A DNA stretch of 64,000 nt from an uncultured archaeon (GCA_964610875.1 CAZSWP010000006.1:1-64000); one strand, 5' to 3'. Positions 17,547 to 28,203 are shown, counted from the first letter of the stretch. The notes: generated by a model not told the origin, from the letters alone. Translations and numbers: made by a program.

Positions 17547-19151
17547 TTGGTGATTTGTGTGGTTAGACAACTTGCTATAGAATCTTTGTATAAGAAGACC
17601 GGAAATGAATATTCTCCAGAGGATGCAAATATTGCTACAACGATGGCATTGATATGGGCATATTCAAAGTTTGGTAGTACTGATATTGTGAGTCTTTCGA
17701 AGATATCACTTCCCTTTTGGATTGTTCAGATATCTCCTGAAAATTCAGTTCTCTTATCATCATCGTCATCAATATCACACGAATTTACTTTCAAATATGA
17801 ATCGCGATTAGCAGAAATCAGGCGAATAATCAGTAATGATGTTAGTGAACCGAAGGATGTTCCAATTGCTGTGGAAAAGGGATTGGAGTTGATAAAGACC
17901 CTGAGTGATTCTACCAACAACATTGCTAACATGGTCTCACCCAGTGCATTACAAAATGCCAGCAAACTAATCATCGAAGTGGATCCAAATGCAAGACCAA
18001 ATAGAATAGAAGAGACTCTTCACTCACAGAAAGCCCTCGATATAAGTGAGAATATTCAAGAAATAAGAGATAACCTACTCTCAAGAATTGACAGGTTGGA
18101 AGAATTAAAGGGCCTATCAAAAGACCAACTCAGAAGCCAACTTAATGTGATTGAGAACATTCTGGCTATGGAGAAGAAGAGGTGGCAACAGAGACTAGCC
18201 GCAATGGAAGAGAGTACAGAGGTCGCAGTTCATGACGTTGAACTTGAAAAGCAAGATGAAATCTACAAGTTGAAAGAAGACTACAAAATGCGTCTAAGGG
18301 CAAGTACCACTGATTTTGCACGAGCAAGCAGTGATATTGAGGATTATTTCTCAGGGTTACTCGAACATGTTAGAGAAACAAGAATAAAGATTGCACAGCA
18401 GAAGGATGATGTTGAGAGCGCTGTTGAGGAATATCAGAAATTGTCAAAATATCTCACTGATGCACTTCCTTCGTTTACAGATATACTAGACCGACTATCT
18501 ACAAAATCTGCAGAAGTTCTGAAAGATGCTGACAGGTATAATGAAGAATTTGCAAAGGGGACCAGCGAAACTGAAGCTGGTGCAGAGAATAGAATAGAAC
18601 AACAGAGAAGAAAATTGGCATCTCTTGAAAATGAACGGGATGAGATGCTAACAAATCTTGAAGAGTTACGTGCCTCAGTGAGTAATGCAATTGACCGTTT
18701 GGAAGGGAGAATAAACTATCGTCTGCTTGATCTCCAAGGCAATGTATTGAAACTCAATGAGATGTTACTTACAAATGCATCCATTCAAAATCTTGCACCT
18801 TTGACTCATTTGGATATATCACTATTTGTTTCAAAAGATGCCAAAGATAAAATCACTGTATTTGCACCAAGTCTCACTCCAATGGAGAGATTTAATTTAC
18901 CAGTACAGTCCCAGTCGATAGATACAGAACTTGAGGACTTCATTCTGGATATTATTACTGAATCCAGAAATTCTGATATCTCTTTTATCAAGAGATATGA
19001 TACTGCAATCTCAGAGGGGAATCTATTTCAAGATCCTGATTTTTTCAAGTCGGTTGAATCTGGACTAAGAGAGTTACAATACAGACAGCTTCTCGAAGAA
19101 GGTGTTAGTGAGAGAGTCTTAGAGATTGCAGGCAAATACAGTTCGATGTGA
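17547..19151 (+). CDS. Hypothetical protein with long central coiled coil
   Basis: 534 aa; E/K/L/Q-rich helical middle flanked by globular ends. Confidence 0.75.
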   Translation: MVICVVRQLAIESLYKKTGNEYSPEDANIATTMALIWAYSKFGSTDIVSLSKISLPFWIVQISPENSVLLSSSSSISHEFTFKYESRLAEIRRIISNDVSEPKDVPIAVEKGLELIKTLSDSTNNIANMVSPSALQNASKLIIEVDPNARPNRIEETLHSQKALDISENIQEIRDNLLSRIDRLEELKGLSKDQLRSQLNVIENILAMEKKRWQQRLAAMEESTEVAVHDVELEKQDEIYKLKEDYKMRLRASTTDFARASSDIEDYFSGLLEHVRETRIKIAQQKDDVESAVEEYQKLSKYLTDALPSFTDILDRLSTKSAEVLKDADRYNEEFAKGTSETEAGAENRIEQQRRKLASLENERDEMLTNLEELRASVSNAIDRLEGRINYRLLDLQGNVLKLNEMLLTNASIQNLAPLTHLDISLFVSKDAKDKITVFAPSLTPMERFNLPVQSQSIDTELEDFILDIITESRNSDISFIKRYDTAISEGNLFQDPDFFKSVESGLRELQYRQLLEEGVSERVLEIAGKYSSM

Positions 19152-19173
19152 TTCGTGAAATGGTGACATTCAG

Positions 19174-20247
19174 ATGGAATCTGAAACCCAGCATTCGAAT
19201 AATCCAAACAAATCAAGAAACCTTCCAATCCTTCTTATTGGGATTCTCTCTGTCACTTTTGCTGAGGTTTTCTCGGGCTCAGCTCCGCTCTGGTTTATTG
19301 ATCCTTGGGGCATTTTCGTTGTTCTCCCGTTATACTGGTTTCACACTCTAATTCTTCTTAATCTTGCTTATCGTTTCAATAGAACAACTCTACCACAACT
19401 CTACTTATGGGGTGTTATCTTTGGTCTGTATGAATCATGGATGACCAAGGTGATTTGGGGCGGATACATGGATAGCACACCACAATTCGGAACGGTTCTT
19501 GGATTTGCTATCGGAGAGTTCATGATTATTGCATTATTCTGGCATGCAATATTCTCCTTTATTGTCCCGATTTTGATATACGAGATTCTGGTACTAGACT
19601 CTGTGAGTAACGAACCTACACGAATAATCCCTTCACACTATTCATTTCTTAGAAAGACTTCTGGCAATCGTGCTTGGATGTTATTTGTTTTTGTAGTTGG
19701 TGCAGGATTTCTCTCAATGAGCTTCACACTTGAAATTACTGGAGTCCTGATATCACTTGGGTTAAGTTTCATTATGGTAGCTGGTTTCCATCAAATCATC
19801 AATGCCAAGGGTGTCCATATCTCAATCCAATCGCTTATTTTAAGCAAGAAATCGTTGTCGATTGTCACAGTGCTACTATTACTACTCTATATCTTTCTCT
19901 TAGTTATTGTATTGCCTGAAAGGATTCCAGGCTTATTGACACTATTACTTACGATAGGATTCTATGGATTCATCATCATGCTGATTTGGATCAGTCCAGT
20001 TGATTATATCAAGCCAAGTCCTTCGATTCTCCCAGGTGAAGCTTTATCATTTAGGACTGTTTACATAGGTTTCATTATATCTCTTCTACTATCAGTGATT
20101 TTCGGGATATTCATTGAGATATCTTTACTCATATTCACGCTTGTCTATCTCGGGATGATGATTGGTGGTCCTATTCTTCTCATTTTGACGATTATTTGGA
20201 TAATTCGTAGAAGGATTGCAGAGAATGTGATGGAACCAGATGCCTGA
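19174..20247 (+). CDS. Polytopic membrane protein, unknown function
   Basis: About 9-10 hydrophobic segments; FAEVFSGS, GLYESWMTKVIW, FWH motifs. Confidence 0.8.
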   Translation: MESETQHSNNPNKSRNLPILLIGILSVTFAEVFSGSAPLWFIDPWGIFVVLPLYWFHTLILLNLAYRFNRTTLPQLYLWGVIFGLYESWMTKVIWGGYMDSTPQFGTVLGFAIGEFMIIALFWHAIFSFIVPILIYEILVLDSVSNEPTRIIPSHYSFLRKTSGNRAWMLFVFVVGAGFLSMSFTLEITGVLISLGLSFIMVAGFHQIINAKGVHISIQSLILSKKSLSIVTVLLLLLYIFLLVIVLPERIPGLLTLLLTIGFYGFIIMLIWISPVDYIKPSPSILPGEALSFRTVYIGFIISLLLSVIFGIFIEISLLIFTLVYLGMMIGGPILLILTIIWIIRRRIAENVMEPDA

Positions 20248-20280
20248 TTGCTTAAGTATCGGTTTGAGTCTTAAGTGACC

Positions 20281-21531
20281 ATGTCAACTGAAATTCCTTC
20301 ACAATACTCTGTTTGGCGTGACGGATATCTGGGAATCCAAGGTCTCTTCTACTTTGCTCAAGGTGTTGCAATGGGTGCATTATTTTTCCTAACTGCATTT
20401 CTTGATTATCTGTTATTGTCACCATTCGAAAGAATCGTGGTTCAGGCAATCATATGGTTCCCATGGTATGTGAAAATTATCTTTGGAATTCTTTCTGATA
20501 ACTTTCCAATCAAAAAGTATGGAAGAAGAAAACCATACATCTTTGCAGCTGGTGTTCTAGGTTTGATTGGTTGGATAACACTACCCTTACATACCATATA
20601 CTCCGCTGTACTTCTTGTATCAGGAATTCTTGCATCTCTGGGAACATCGATGAGTGATGCTACAATTGACGCACTTGCGGTCGATATCACTCCACCCAAC
20701 AGAAGAGGGGCAATGCAAGGTGTGTCTTGGGGATCAAGGGGGCTGGGTGTAGGTGTTTCGGCAATTGCTGTTGGTGTTCTTGCTGATCAGAATGCTTGGT
20801 TCATGATATTCGCTATTCCTGGAGCTCTTGTCAGCTTAGCCACACTACTTGTTCTGCTTTTCAAAGAGAATCCATTACCAGTCGACTTCCAACGTGTGAA
20901 GTTGAGAATCTATGGTGCTGTTTTCAAGAAACGGAACGTTCAGGTCTGCATAATATTCCAGCTGCTTTCAGGAGCCGCCATTGCAATCCTTTCAATAATG
21001 CAGACATTCTTGGACGAGAGTCTAGGCTTCGATAATACGACAATTGGAATTGTATTTGCGATTTTCTCAGTTGGGATGTTTGCAGGAGCACTAACCTTTG
21101 GATTGCTAGGTGATAGGATATCAATAAAGTATACTCTGCCAGTGACAACTACTGTCTACGCAATTCTTGTAATGTCAGTCCTAGTAATTAATATCTCAAT
21201 GGCTTCTATTGCTATGGTATTCTTCTTTGGGGTTGGTATTGCCAATGGAGGATATGAAGCTACACAGATGCGCATCAGTATGGACAATTCTCCTGCAATT
21301 GCTGCCGGAACGATGTATAATTTTTACAATAGCCTCTCAAATGTAGGACAAATTGCTCTTGGTGCCATTATCATAGCTGCTTTCGTGGAGTTCTTCGGTA
21401 GCTTTGCACTAGGCTGGCAAATCGCTTGGGTCTTTCTATTACTATCTCTCATTCCAGGATATCTATTGGCTACTAAATATCGGAGTGAAGTGGAAGGGGT
21501 CAGTGAAGAAATATTGGTGACACCAGAATAA
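20281..21531 (+). CDS. MFS transporter (AmpG/BT1-like)
   Basis: YFAQG, PWYVKIIFGILSD..GRRKPY, SDATIDALAVD, GLLGDRI; 12 TMs. Confidence 0.88.
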   Translation: MSTEIPSQYSVWRDGYLGIQGLFYFAQGVAMGALFFLTAFLDYLLLSPFERIVVQAIIWFPWYVKIIFGILSDNFPIKKYGRRKPYIFAAGVLGLIGWITLPLHTIYSAVLLVSGILASLGTSMSDATIDALAVDITPPNRRGAMQGVSWGSRGLGVGVSAIAVGVLADQNAWFMIFAIPGALVSLATLLVLLFKENPLPVDFQRVKLRIYGAVFKKRNVQVCIIFQLLSGAAIAILSIMQTFLDESLGFDNTTIGIVFAIFSVGMFAGALTFGLLGDRISIKYTLPVTTTVYAILVMSVLVINISMASIAMVFFFGVGIANGGYEATQMRISMDNSPAIAAGTMYNFYNSLSNVGQIALGAIIIAAFVEFFGSFALGWQIAWVFLLLSLIPGYLLATKYRSEVEGVSEEILVTPE

Positions 21532-21603
21532 ATTTGTCAAGGACATCTGAATTCTCGGATGCCCTCAAATTTTATATTCTGGCAAGCTAAGAGATGAATC
21601 AAG

Positions 21604-22041
21604 ATGAGTCAAAGTACTGGCGGCAAAGTCGTTGGGTTCTGTTTCATGGTCATATGGGTAACTATAGCTCTTAGCATAGGATTCTCTGCGCTGAGTTTTG
21701 GTGCTCCAACTATCTTTGGAATAGTTCCCTTTTTGATGGCTGGATTTGGAGTTATCTTCTGTTTGGCAATGATGACTGATAAACTGGGTTCTTCTGGCTT
21801 TAAAGGTAGAGTTAGAGTTCAACCAAGTGCACAATGGGAGAGCACTGGAGACTCGTGGAGCTCTAGTAGCGACCGTTGGAGTAGTTTTAGGGATGAGAGT
21901 AGTACTATCTATGACCTTCCGGATAAATGCCCTGAATGTGGCGCGTCAATAAACATGGAGAATGTTGATTGGGTAGGACCACTTCAAGCAAAGTGTCCCT
22001 ATTGCATGGCAACAATCCGTGCTAATAGACGACGGTTATAG
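21604..22041 (+). CDS. Two-TM protein with C-terminal zinc ribbon
   Basis: Two hydrophobic helices, Ser/Trp-rich linker, CPECG...CPYC. Confidence 0.8.
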   Translation: MSQSTGGKVVGFCFMVIWVTIALSIGFSALSFGAPTIFGIVPFLMAGFGVIFCLAMMTDKLGSSGFKGRVRVQPSAQWESTGDSWSSSSDRWSSFRDESSTIYDLPDKCPECGASINMENVDWVGPLQAKCPYCMATIRANRRRL

Positions 22042-22062
22042 TTTCCCAGAATTACTCTCCTT

Positions 22063-23129
22063 TCAGAACCTCTTGGGTTTCTTTGGATAGGATTGATACC
22101 GCAGAGGCATCATATTACTCAACCATTCAGTATCTCGGTCTATCTTCGATAGTGAACGCAGAATATCAAAAGTGATCCATCTTGATACTTCTGGACGAGG
22201 TTCATATTCCCATAGACCAAACTTTCCTTTTTGTTGTGTTATCCACTCGATTAGTTCTCTGACCCGTCTATCACTTTTATCCACGCCAATTCTCCAACAG
22301 AGATTCAAAATGAGTACCAGGTCGAACCTTGCATGGTAAGTGAGTAATCCTCGTTGAGACTCATATCCTATGACTTTTGCTACATTGAGTCCGAGATTCT
22401 GTTTCTCTCGTGTTTCTCTAGCTAATAGCATATCGAGTGGTCTCTTAGCTATCGTGCTCTTCCTTCTGGTAGGAGGATACTCAAAACAGGACAACGTAAG
22501 AGTCGTATTTGTCCTGCATCCCCAATCAGAATTGGGCATCTTTCTGTATCCTGCTTGATATCCAAACACCTTTCCGATTTGTCCTGTGGGCCAAGCTCCA
22601 TCATCCAATCGTTCTTCAATCAACCACTCGTAAGCTGTTTCAGCTCTCTTATCCATAGCATGTCCCGAATTGCTCCACAAGTAGATTCAGGAGTGTCTTG
22701 TGCCCTCCATATGCATTCTTTACTAAATGCGTCTTAAGGACAGCTGATTCTCTGTTTGTAGCTTTACCTATCAGTTCTACAATCTCATCTTCTGTATGTA
22801 CTTCAAAACGCGACCTGCATTTCGGGCACAGTCGTTCACCAAATTTCGCGAAGAGTAATCCGAGGAAAGGGTGAATGCCTGATAATGTCGCAAGTGTTGA
22901 AAGTGGATTTCTATTCAATGTATTCTGGGATAAAGCAATCGTTGGGCCTTCTCCACTGACTTCTTTTACTTGTGCTGGGGCAAGCTTTGGTACAGAACCC
23001 CCTGAATTGAAGATCTCTGCAAAGCGTCTTCGTGCTTCATGGTAAATTGTATCAAATATCAATGAGGACTTTATCTACTGACACATCTTTCAGGTTATTC
23101 TCAGATGCCTCTCGTATCCTAATCTCCAT
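22063..23129 (-). pseudogene. Remnant of a UvrA-like ABC ATPase N-terminus joined out of frame to a prenyltransferase/squalene-cyclase-repeat-like C-terminal fragment
   Basis: ATG 23129 reads MEIRIREASENNLKDVSVD, then shifts frame into KSSLIFDTIYHEARRRF (the TGVSGSG Walker A segment is missing). It continues NPLSTLAT..CPKC, then shifts frame again near 22665 into a fragment with WLIEERLDDGAWP and WITQQKGKFGLW repeats. Confidence 0.8.
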
Positions 23130-23284
23130 GGAATCTACACTCTATTGTCTGTAACTTCTTCTGCCAGGGAACTGACATAAGTTTACTTCACTCAATGATG
23201 CCGAGAAGTATTTTGGATATCACCAGAAAATTAAACACTAAAAGAATCTCCGATTGGAGTATTACACACTATCTATTTATTGCT

Positions 23285-23307
23285 AAAAAAGGGTGAGGGT
23301 ATCACCC
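23285..23307 (-). terminator. Hairpin plus U-tract downstream of the AT-rich two-gene cassette
   Basis: Minus strand GGGTGA-N5-TCACCC followed by TTTTTT. Confidence 0.55.
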
Positions 23308-23342
23308 CTCAAATTGATTCTTCTCTATCTGTGTAGTCATCG

Positions 23343-23894
23343 TCATTTACTCAGTGTATATGAGATAATTGAACATCCCTCATCTTCATTTACTTTTTTA
23401 TTTGGAGTAAACGACCAATGACGAGAATTCAGAAGAAAGAAAAAAACTCGAGCTAATAGTAATCCTGAACCAAAACCATATAGTAATAGAAGAAATTGTA
23501 TGAAGGAAGTTTCAATTACCATCAAGCTCATCAGAAATGCACTTACTACCGCAAAAAGCGAAAAAGGTGGATTGAGTATAATAAGTGTCGGGATGAGCGA
23601 CAAAGTAACAGAACCTCGTGCGTCTAGCTTGGTTTTAAGTTGATTCGATGACCACAGACTAATTGCACTACCTGATAAACTTCCAACTAAATATATCATT
23701 GAAACATACGAATTGGAAAACGGAATACCCCAGTCAAATCCAAGAGGTTTGATTGCTAGGAAATATAGTATAGTGAACACACTAATTAGTGAAATTCCTG
23801 CCTCGACAATCGTTAGTAGGATAAACCTGCCTGAAATCAGATAATTATCAAAGCTTTCGTCATATTTCTTACTATCTTTCAAATTATTCACCAT
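23343..23894 (-). CDS. Small 4-5 TM membrane protein (candidate immunity protein)
   Basis: ATG 23894 overlaps the stop of the upstream gene (TAATG); hydrophobic segments; AT-rich codons. Confidence 0.65.
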   Translation of the reverse strand: MVNNLKDSKKYDESFDNYLISGRFILLTIVEAGISLISVFTILYFLAIKPLGFDWGIPFSNSYVSMIYLVGSLSGSAISLWSSNQLKTKLDARGSVTLSLIPTLIILNPPFSLFAVVSAFLMSLMVIETSFIQFLLLLYGFGSGLLLARVFFFLLNSRHWSFTPNKKVNEDEGCSIISYTLSK

Positions 23895-24757
23895 TACCAC
23901 GATATTATCCAATAATCCTTCCATCCACCATATGATGCCTGCAAGTACCATCCGTTCCAATAAGTATATGCCCAGCCGTCCCCCTGTTCCGCTTGTAAAA
24001 CATGATTTGCCCAAAGGCTAAACGCAACACTGTAAATTGCGAGGAATGCCATAAGTCCTGCAACAATCCATAAAGCCAATGTCATGGATGTAATAGTCAA
24101 CATGTATAAAGTAACTGCTACATCTGCGATCACAAGAGCAACAGCACCGATATCCGCTGTTAAAATCGTATTAGCAACTTCACTTTGTGATAAATGTATC
24201 ATTGCGTAGTCGGTCTGCATCTCTCTGTACCAATTTAGATTCCATTCTTGTGGATGATAATATTGATAATAATAATTATCTGGATGATCATACGCAATCC
24301 TTTGTTGCGTACTACCAGAAATACTTACCATCTTAGCACAATACCACCAGTAATATTCAAATTCGCCATAATCATCTAAAGCTAGAGCTTTGTCACATGC
24401 ATGGCCATTTTTCTCCAAGGTTATTTCTGAAGGAATCTCCTGAGTGAAATTTTTCGTTGACTCAATTTCCACTCCGTCATCACTTTCGGTGGTTATTAGA
24501 GTGTTATATTTTGCAATATTTTTCCCGTGCTTTTCAAATACTATACCCTTTATTAACAGACGATATTTTGTTTCATTAAACTCTAAAGATTTTTCTTTCG
24601 CAAAACATCCTTTTTGTAGTCTGAATTTCTCTGTCTTAATTTGATTTACATGTTTTGCTTCTTGTATGATTTTTGCTGCTGGAATTGGTGCAACAAAAGC
24701 AAGAAAGAGCAGCGTTACTATCATAGATATTGAAATCTTATATCTTGTACATGCCAT
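23894..24757 (-). CDS. Secreted protein with C-terminal hydrophobic hairpin (candidate archaeocin/pore-former)
   Basis: Signal peptide ending APIPAA, Lys-rich middle, about 50-aa uncharged stretch, Trp/Tyr-rich tail. The gene is well supported; the function is speculative. Confidence 0.7.
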   Translation of the reverse strand: MACTRYKISISMIVTLLFLAFVAPIPAAKIIQEAKHVNQIKTEKFRLQKGCFAKEKSLEFNETKYRLLIKGIVFEKHGKNIAKYNTLITTESDDGVEIESTKNFTQEIPSEITLEKNGHACDKALALDDYGEFEYYWWYCAKMVSISGSTQQRIAYDHPDNYYYQYYHPQEWNLNWYREMQTDYAMIHLSQSEVANTILTADIGAVALVIADVAVTLYMLTITSMTLALWIVAGLMAFLAIYSVAFSLWANHVLQAEQGDGWAYTYWNGWYLQASYGGWKDYWIISW

Positions 24758-24994
24758 TACGAAACCTCAAAAAGTACAGTGATGGTCTTTCTAATATTTT
24801 TTTTTGGTTTGCGTAATTATGTGTGTTTACTGTCTTGTAAAATTCATCAGAAATCTATATTATGTCTTAAAAATACCCACCAATGCGATTTGGACTAATC
24901 ATTTGTATTTTATGAGAACTCAACGATTGTAATTGAGAATATTGAATTGTTTGCAATTCAATGTAGAATTTGTTGGATGCTGGAACCTTTCCTC

Positions 24995-25849
24995 CTATTC
25001 TTCCCAATCTAGAGATTCTAATTCTCTAGCTTCCCGCGTGCCTAGGAAATAAGCAATTGCAAAGAAAGCTACGAATGATATGAAGAAGACTGCAAAGTTC
25101 TGATATACATTGAACGGCTCACCAAAGAACCAGAACCAAATGAATAGTACAATAAGCCATCCGTAGAATATGCCAATTCCTTTGACTTCTACTTTTCGAT
25201 CTCCCATCTTCCAGAAGATACCTATTTCGATTGCACCAACTATCATGAGTGACAGGATCCCGATTGCTAGATTCTGTTCCCAAGGATATGATTCAGCTTG
25301 GAACCATAACCAATAATCGAGAAAGGCAAGCCAAAGAATCAATACAGTTATTCCGGCAGCTGGTCTTCTTCCTAGTTGGGTTTGCATCAGATCAGGCGCT
25401 GCTCCAATCCATGTTGCTCCAGCGACTAGTATGAAAATTATAAATGAAAGCAGTATGACTGCCATATTTTGATATCCTGTGTAATACTCCCAGAAGAAGG
25501 GGATCCACAGAATTATGAATGCTATCTCTGTGAGAATGATGAAGATGGATAATCTTATTCTTTTGGCAGATCCTACAGGACCGGCTTCTATAGGAGCATA
25601 GATCATCCCTACTATTCCCAATGCAAACAAAAGTGATGCAATAGCTACAGCTATGTTCTCGAATATTCCAAAATCAACCGCAAAGAAGAACAACCATATT
25701 GCAATGAAAGCACTCCATCCAATGAAGGTAAGGATTGTCGAGTTCTGATTCCTTCGACGTTGCACTTTTCTGCTTCTTGCTTTTGTTGGAGGAAAATCTT
25801 CTAGATCTTCCATTCCATCCGGGTCCACTGGCGATTCTCCGACACCCAT
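24995..25849 (-). CDS. Eight-TM membrane protein made of four helical-hairpin repeats
   Basis: Four copies of W/E..F...W..F......(E/Q)N.A....S. Confidence 0.8.
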   Translation of the reverse strand: MGVGESPVDPDGMEDLEDFPPTKARSRKVQRRRNQNSTILTFIGWSAFIAIWLFFFAVDFGIFENIAVAIASLLFALGIVGMIYAPIEAGPVGSAKRIRLSIFIILTEIAFIILWIPFFWEYYTGYQNMAVILLSFIIFILVAGATWIGAAPDLMQTQLGRRPAAGITVLILWLAFLDYWLWFQAESYPWEQNLAIGILSLMIVGAIEIGIFWKMGDRKVEVKGIGIFYGWLIVLFIWFWFFGEPFNVYQNFAVFFISFVAFFAIAYFLGTREARELESLDWEE

Positions 25850-26055
25850 TTCTTTCCTCTCAGTAAATAATTACATAAACAGGGAACTAGTCACTCTTAA
25901 ATCCAATCTTTACTGCTATATTTGCTAACTCACATATTTTGAGAAATATTGTCATATGCTTGATATCTTGGGTATGACCTATAATGGCTTGACGCTTGGT
26001 GTTCATAATGTCATCTTGGAATATTTAGCTTAGGAATTTTGTAAAGAATTGGATA

Positions 26056-26430
26056 ATGGCCCTTGGAAAAGGATTGAGAACTTTTAGTGATAAGACAAGA
26101 GAATATATTGTCAATAATATCATGTCAATAGAGACTGATGAAGACTTGGAGGTATTGAAGCAGGCTTGGAGTGTCATTGCTGATGAAGAAAAACATGATG
26201 AACAAGCAACTGATGGTTTTTCTATTCTTGATGAGTTCAGTGATTCTATTCGAGATTATCTCAGATCTGTCTATAACGTAATGTTGAGTGACTTAGACTC
26301 TATTGAGAGTATAGTTGCAAAAAGTATTCTTAGGATAATACGTATTTCGATGTTGTCTTATGGTATGAGATGTTTGATTCGACTCTATGTGTCTAATGTT
26401 CATGGAACACTGAACATTTCACACTCTTGA
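26056..26430 (+). CDS. Hypothetical protein
   Basis: 124-aa acidic helical ORF with ATG start; may be a fragment. Confidence 0.45.
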   Translation: MALGKGLRTFSDKTREYIVNNIMSIETDEDLEVLKQAWSVIADEEKHDEQATDGFSILDEFSDSIRDYLRSVYNVMLSDLDSIESIVAKSILRIIRISMLSYGMRCLIRLYVSNVHGTLNISHS

Positions 26431-26521
26431 ATGGATTCACTACTTGGCATGAAATAGGTCGTAGAATTCCTATACATTATTAACCCAAAACCTATTTTCC
26501 AAATTGGTTCAATATTTATCC

Positions 26522-26881
26522 ATGACGCGAATTTACAGAGCTTCTGAAGTTGAGTTGATTGAAGGTGGTGGTTACTCTAGAAGATATATAGCTGATGTCC
26601 ACTTCAGATTTGCTATTAAATCTGCAGGACTCATTAACGTTCACATTCCTGGAGGGATAAAGACACAGCCTCATGCTCATACGCAATTGGAGGAGATATT
26701 CATAATTATGGGAAAAACAAGAATGGGGGTTGGAGATCAAATCTATGAGCTTACAAAAGGTGATATAGTTGTTGCTGACCCTGGTGAAGCGCATTGGTTT
26801 GAAACATATCCAGATCAACCCATCGAGATATTTGCAATCAAATGTCCCAATATCAAAGACGACAAAGTAATGCCTGAATAG
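26522..26881 (+). CDS. Cupin domain protein
   Basis: PHAHTQLEEIF ... PGEAHWF metal-binding cupin motifs. Confidence 0.9.
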   Translation: MTRIYRASEVELIEGGGYSRRYIADVHFRFAIKSAGLINVHIPGGIKTQPHAHTQLEEIFIIMGKTRMGVGDQIYELTKGDIVVADPGEAHWFETYPDQPIEIFAIKCPNIKDDKVMPE

Positions 26882-26939
26882 AATAAGAAGATGGTGAAGA
26901 GGGTCCCTCCAAAGAGAGACTTACTCTTCTGCTATATAT

Positions 26940-28139
26940 TTACCAGAGTTGATATTCGCGTTTAACAAAGCCCTTCCACACATCGGGGAGTTTTGCGATT
27001 ACTTCCTCTGCGATGCTTTGAACGGACTTCTCGATTTTTGAAACATCACAATTACCATAGAGTTCAACATTGACTGCCCTTGGTTCAGTGATAGGTGCAC
27101 CAATCTGACTCACCATATAGCAGTAAACCTGTTCGATATCTGGATGTTCTTCAACAACACGATCGACAATCTCATGAGCTGCGACATTGTAGGTCTTTCC
27201 AACATGACTCACAGGATTCTTTCCCGCAGCGGCTTCTAATGTCATTGGTCTGTATGGTGTGATGAGACCATTTGCTCTATTACCGCGTCCGACCTGTCCG
27301 TCATCACCGTGTTCAGCAGATGTACCTGTCACTGTTAAGTAGTAGAGGTTGTCCTTTGGACTATCAGCTGTATTAACACTTACCTCTATAGGTAGTTCTG
27401 TGATCTTTGCTGCTTCATCAAGAACATAATCTTTGATTGCTTCCATAACATTAGCATATTCATTTGCATCTGTGGTTTCTGTAGAAATAATGGCTGCAGC
27501 CACTTGAATATGGATAATGTCACCTACACGAGTTCCCATGATTTTTATGTCTTCACCTATCTGTGGCCATTTCTTTTTGACCTTCGGTTCGTTCAAGAGA
27601 ATCTCTGAATCAAGCACAAGTTGTTCTGTTGCGGTCATTGGTCCGTACGCGACACCAAAGCTAGTGTCGTTCGCTCTAGGTACATCTTGGTCCCCCTCGA
27701 AGTTCCCTACCAAGTCGGTACTCCCAGCTCGAATTTTGTAATCGATGATTATATCCGAATTGGCATCCAAATGAGGGAGGTCATTATGCAACCAGTGACG
27801 CGTGTGCTCAACAGCAAACTTACCAACTGGTACTTGACGTTCGTAGTCTTTGTCAACAACATCAACTGCACGACCACTCATGAGTAGGTAGATGGGTTCA
27901 ATGACATCGCCTCCACCAAATCGGGCATTTGACTGCCCTCCTACAAGCAGGACCTTGTCTACATTGTGATGCTGGACTCTTCCAAAAGCTTCCAGATAAT
28001 ATTCACTAAGACGAACTGAGAGTTCTTCAGCGGCTTTATCACACAATGTGTCCGGGTGACCTTTTCCTTTTCTTTCCACAATTTCTATCTCACGCTTGGA
28101 CAGTGGGGGTCCCGCGCCTCGAGTTACTTTCAAATCCAT
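26940..28139 (-). CDS. mat: Archaeal-type S-adenosylmethionine synthetase
   Basis: [74 protein letters not shown]. Confidence 0.97.
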   Translation of the reverse strand: MDLKVTRGAGPPLSKREIEIVERKGKGHPDTLCDKAAEELSVRLSEYYLEAFGRVQHHNVDKVLLVGGQSNARFGGGDVIEPIYLLMSGRAVDVVDKDYERQVPVGKFAVEHTRHWLHNDLPHLDANSDIIIDYKIRAGSTDLVGNFEGDQDVPRANDTSFGVAYGPMTATEQLVLDSEILLNEPKVKKKWPQIGEDIKIMGTRVGDIIHIQVAAAIISTETTDANEYANVMEAIKDYVLDEAAKITELPIEVSVNTADSPKDNLYYLTVTGTSAEHGDDGQVGRGNRANGLITPYRPMTLEAAAGKNPVSHVGKTYNVAAHEIVDRVVEEHPDIEQVYCYMVSQIGAPITEPRAVNVELYGNCDVSKIEKSVQSIAEEVIAKLPDVWKGFVKREYQLW

Positions 28140-28203
28140 AGTAATCAACTCGTCTTCTAATCAATGCGGCCGGATGTAACAACTTATATAATTTCCCCTG
28201 TGC

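Noticed and set aside
22063-24994. Integrated mobile element
   Set aside because: No integrase, transposase, terminal repeats or target duplication found; only composition and gene decay.
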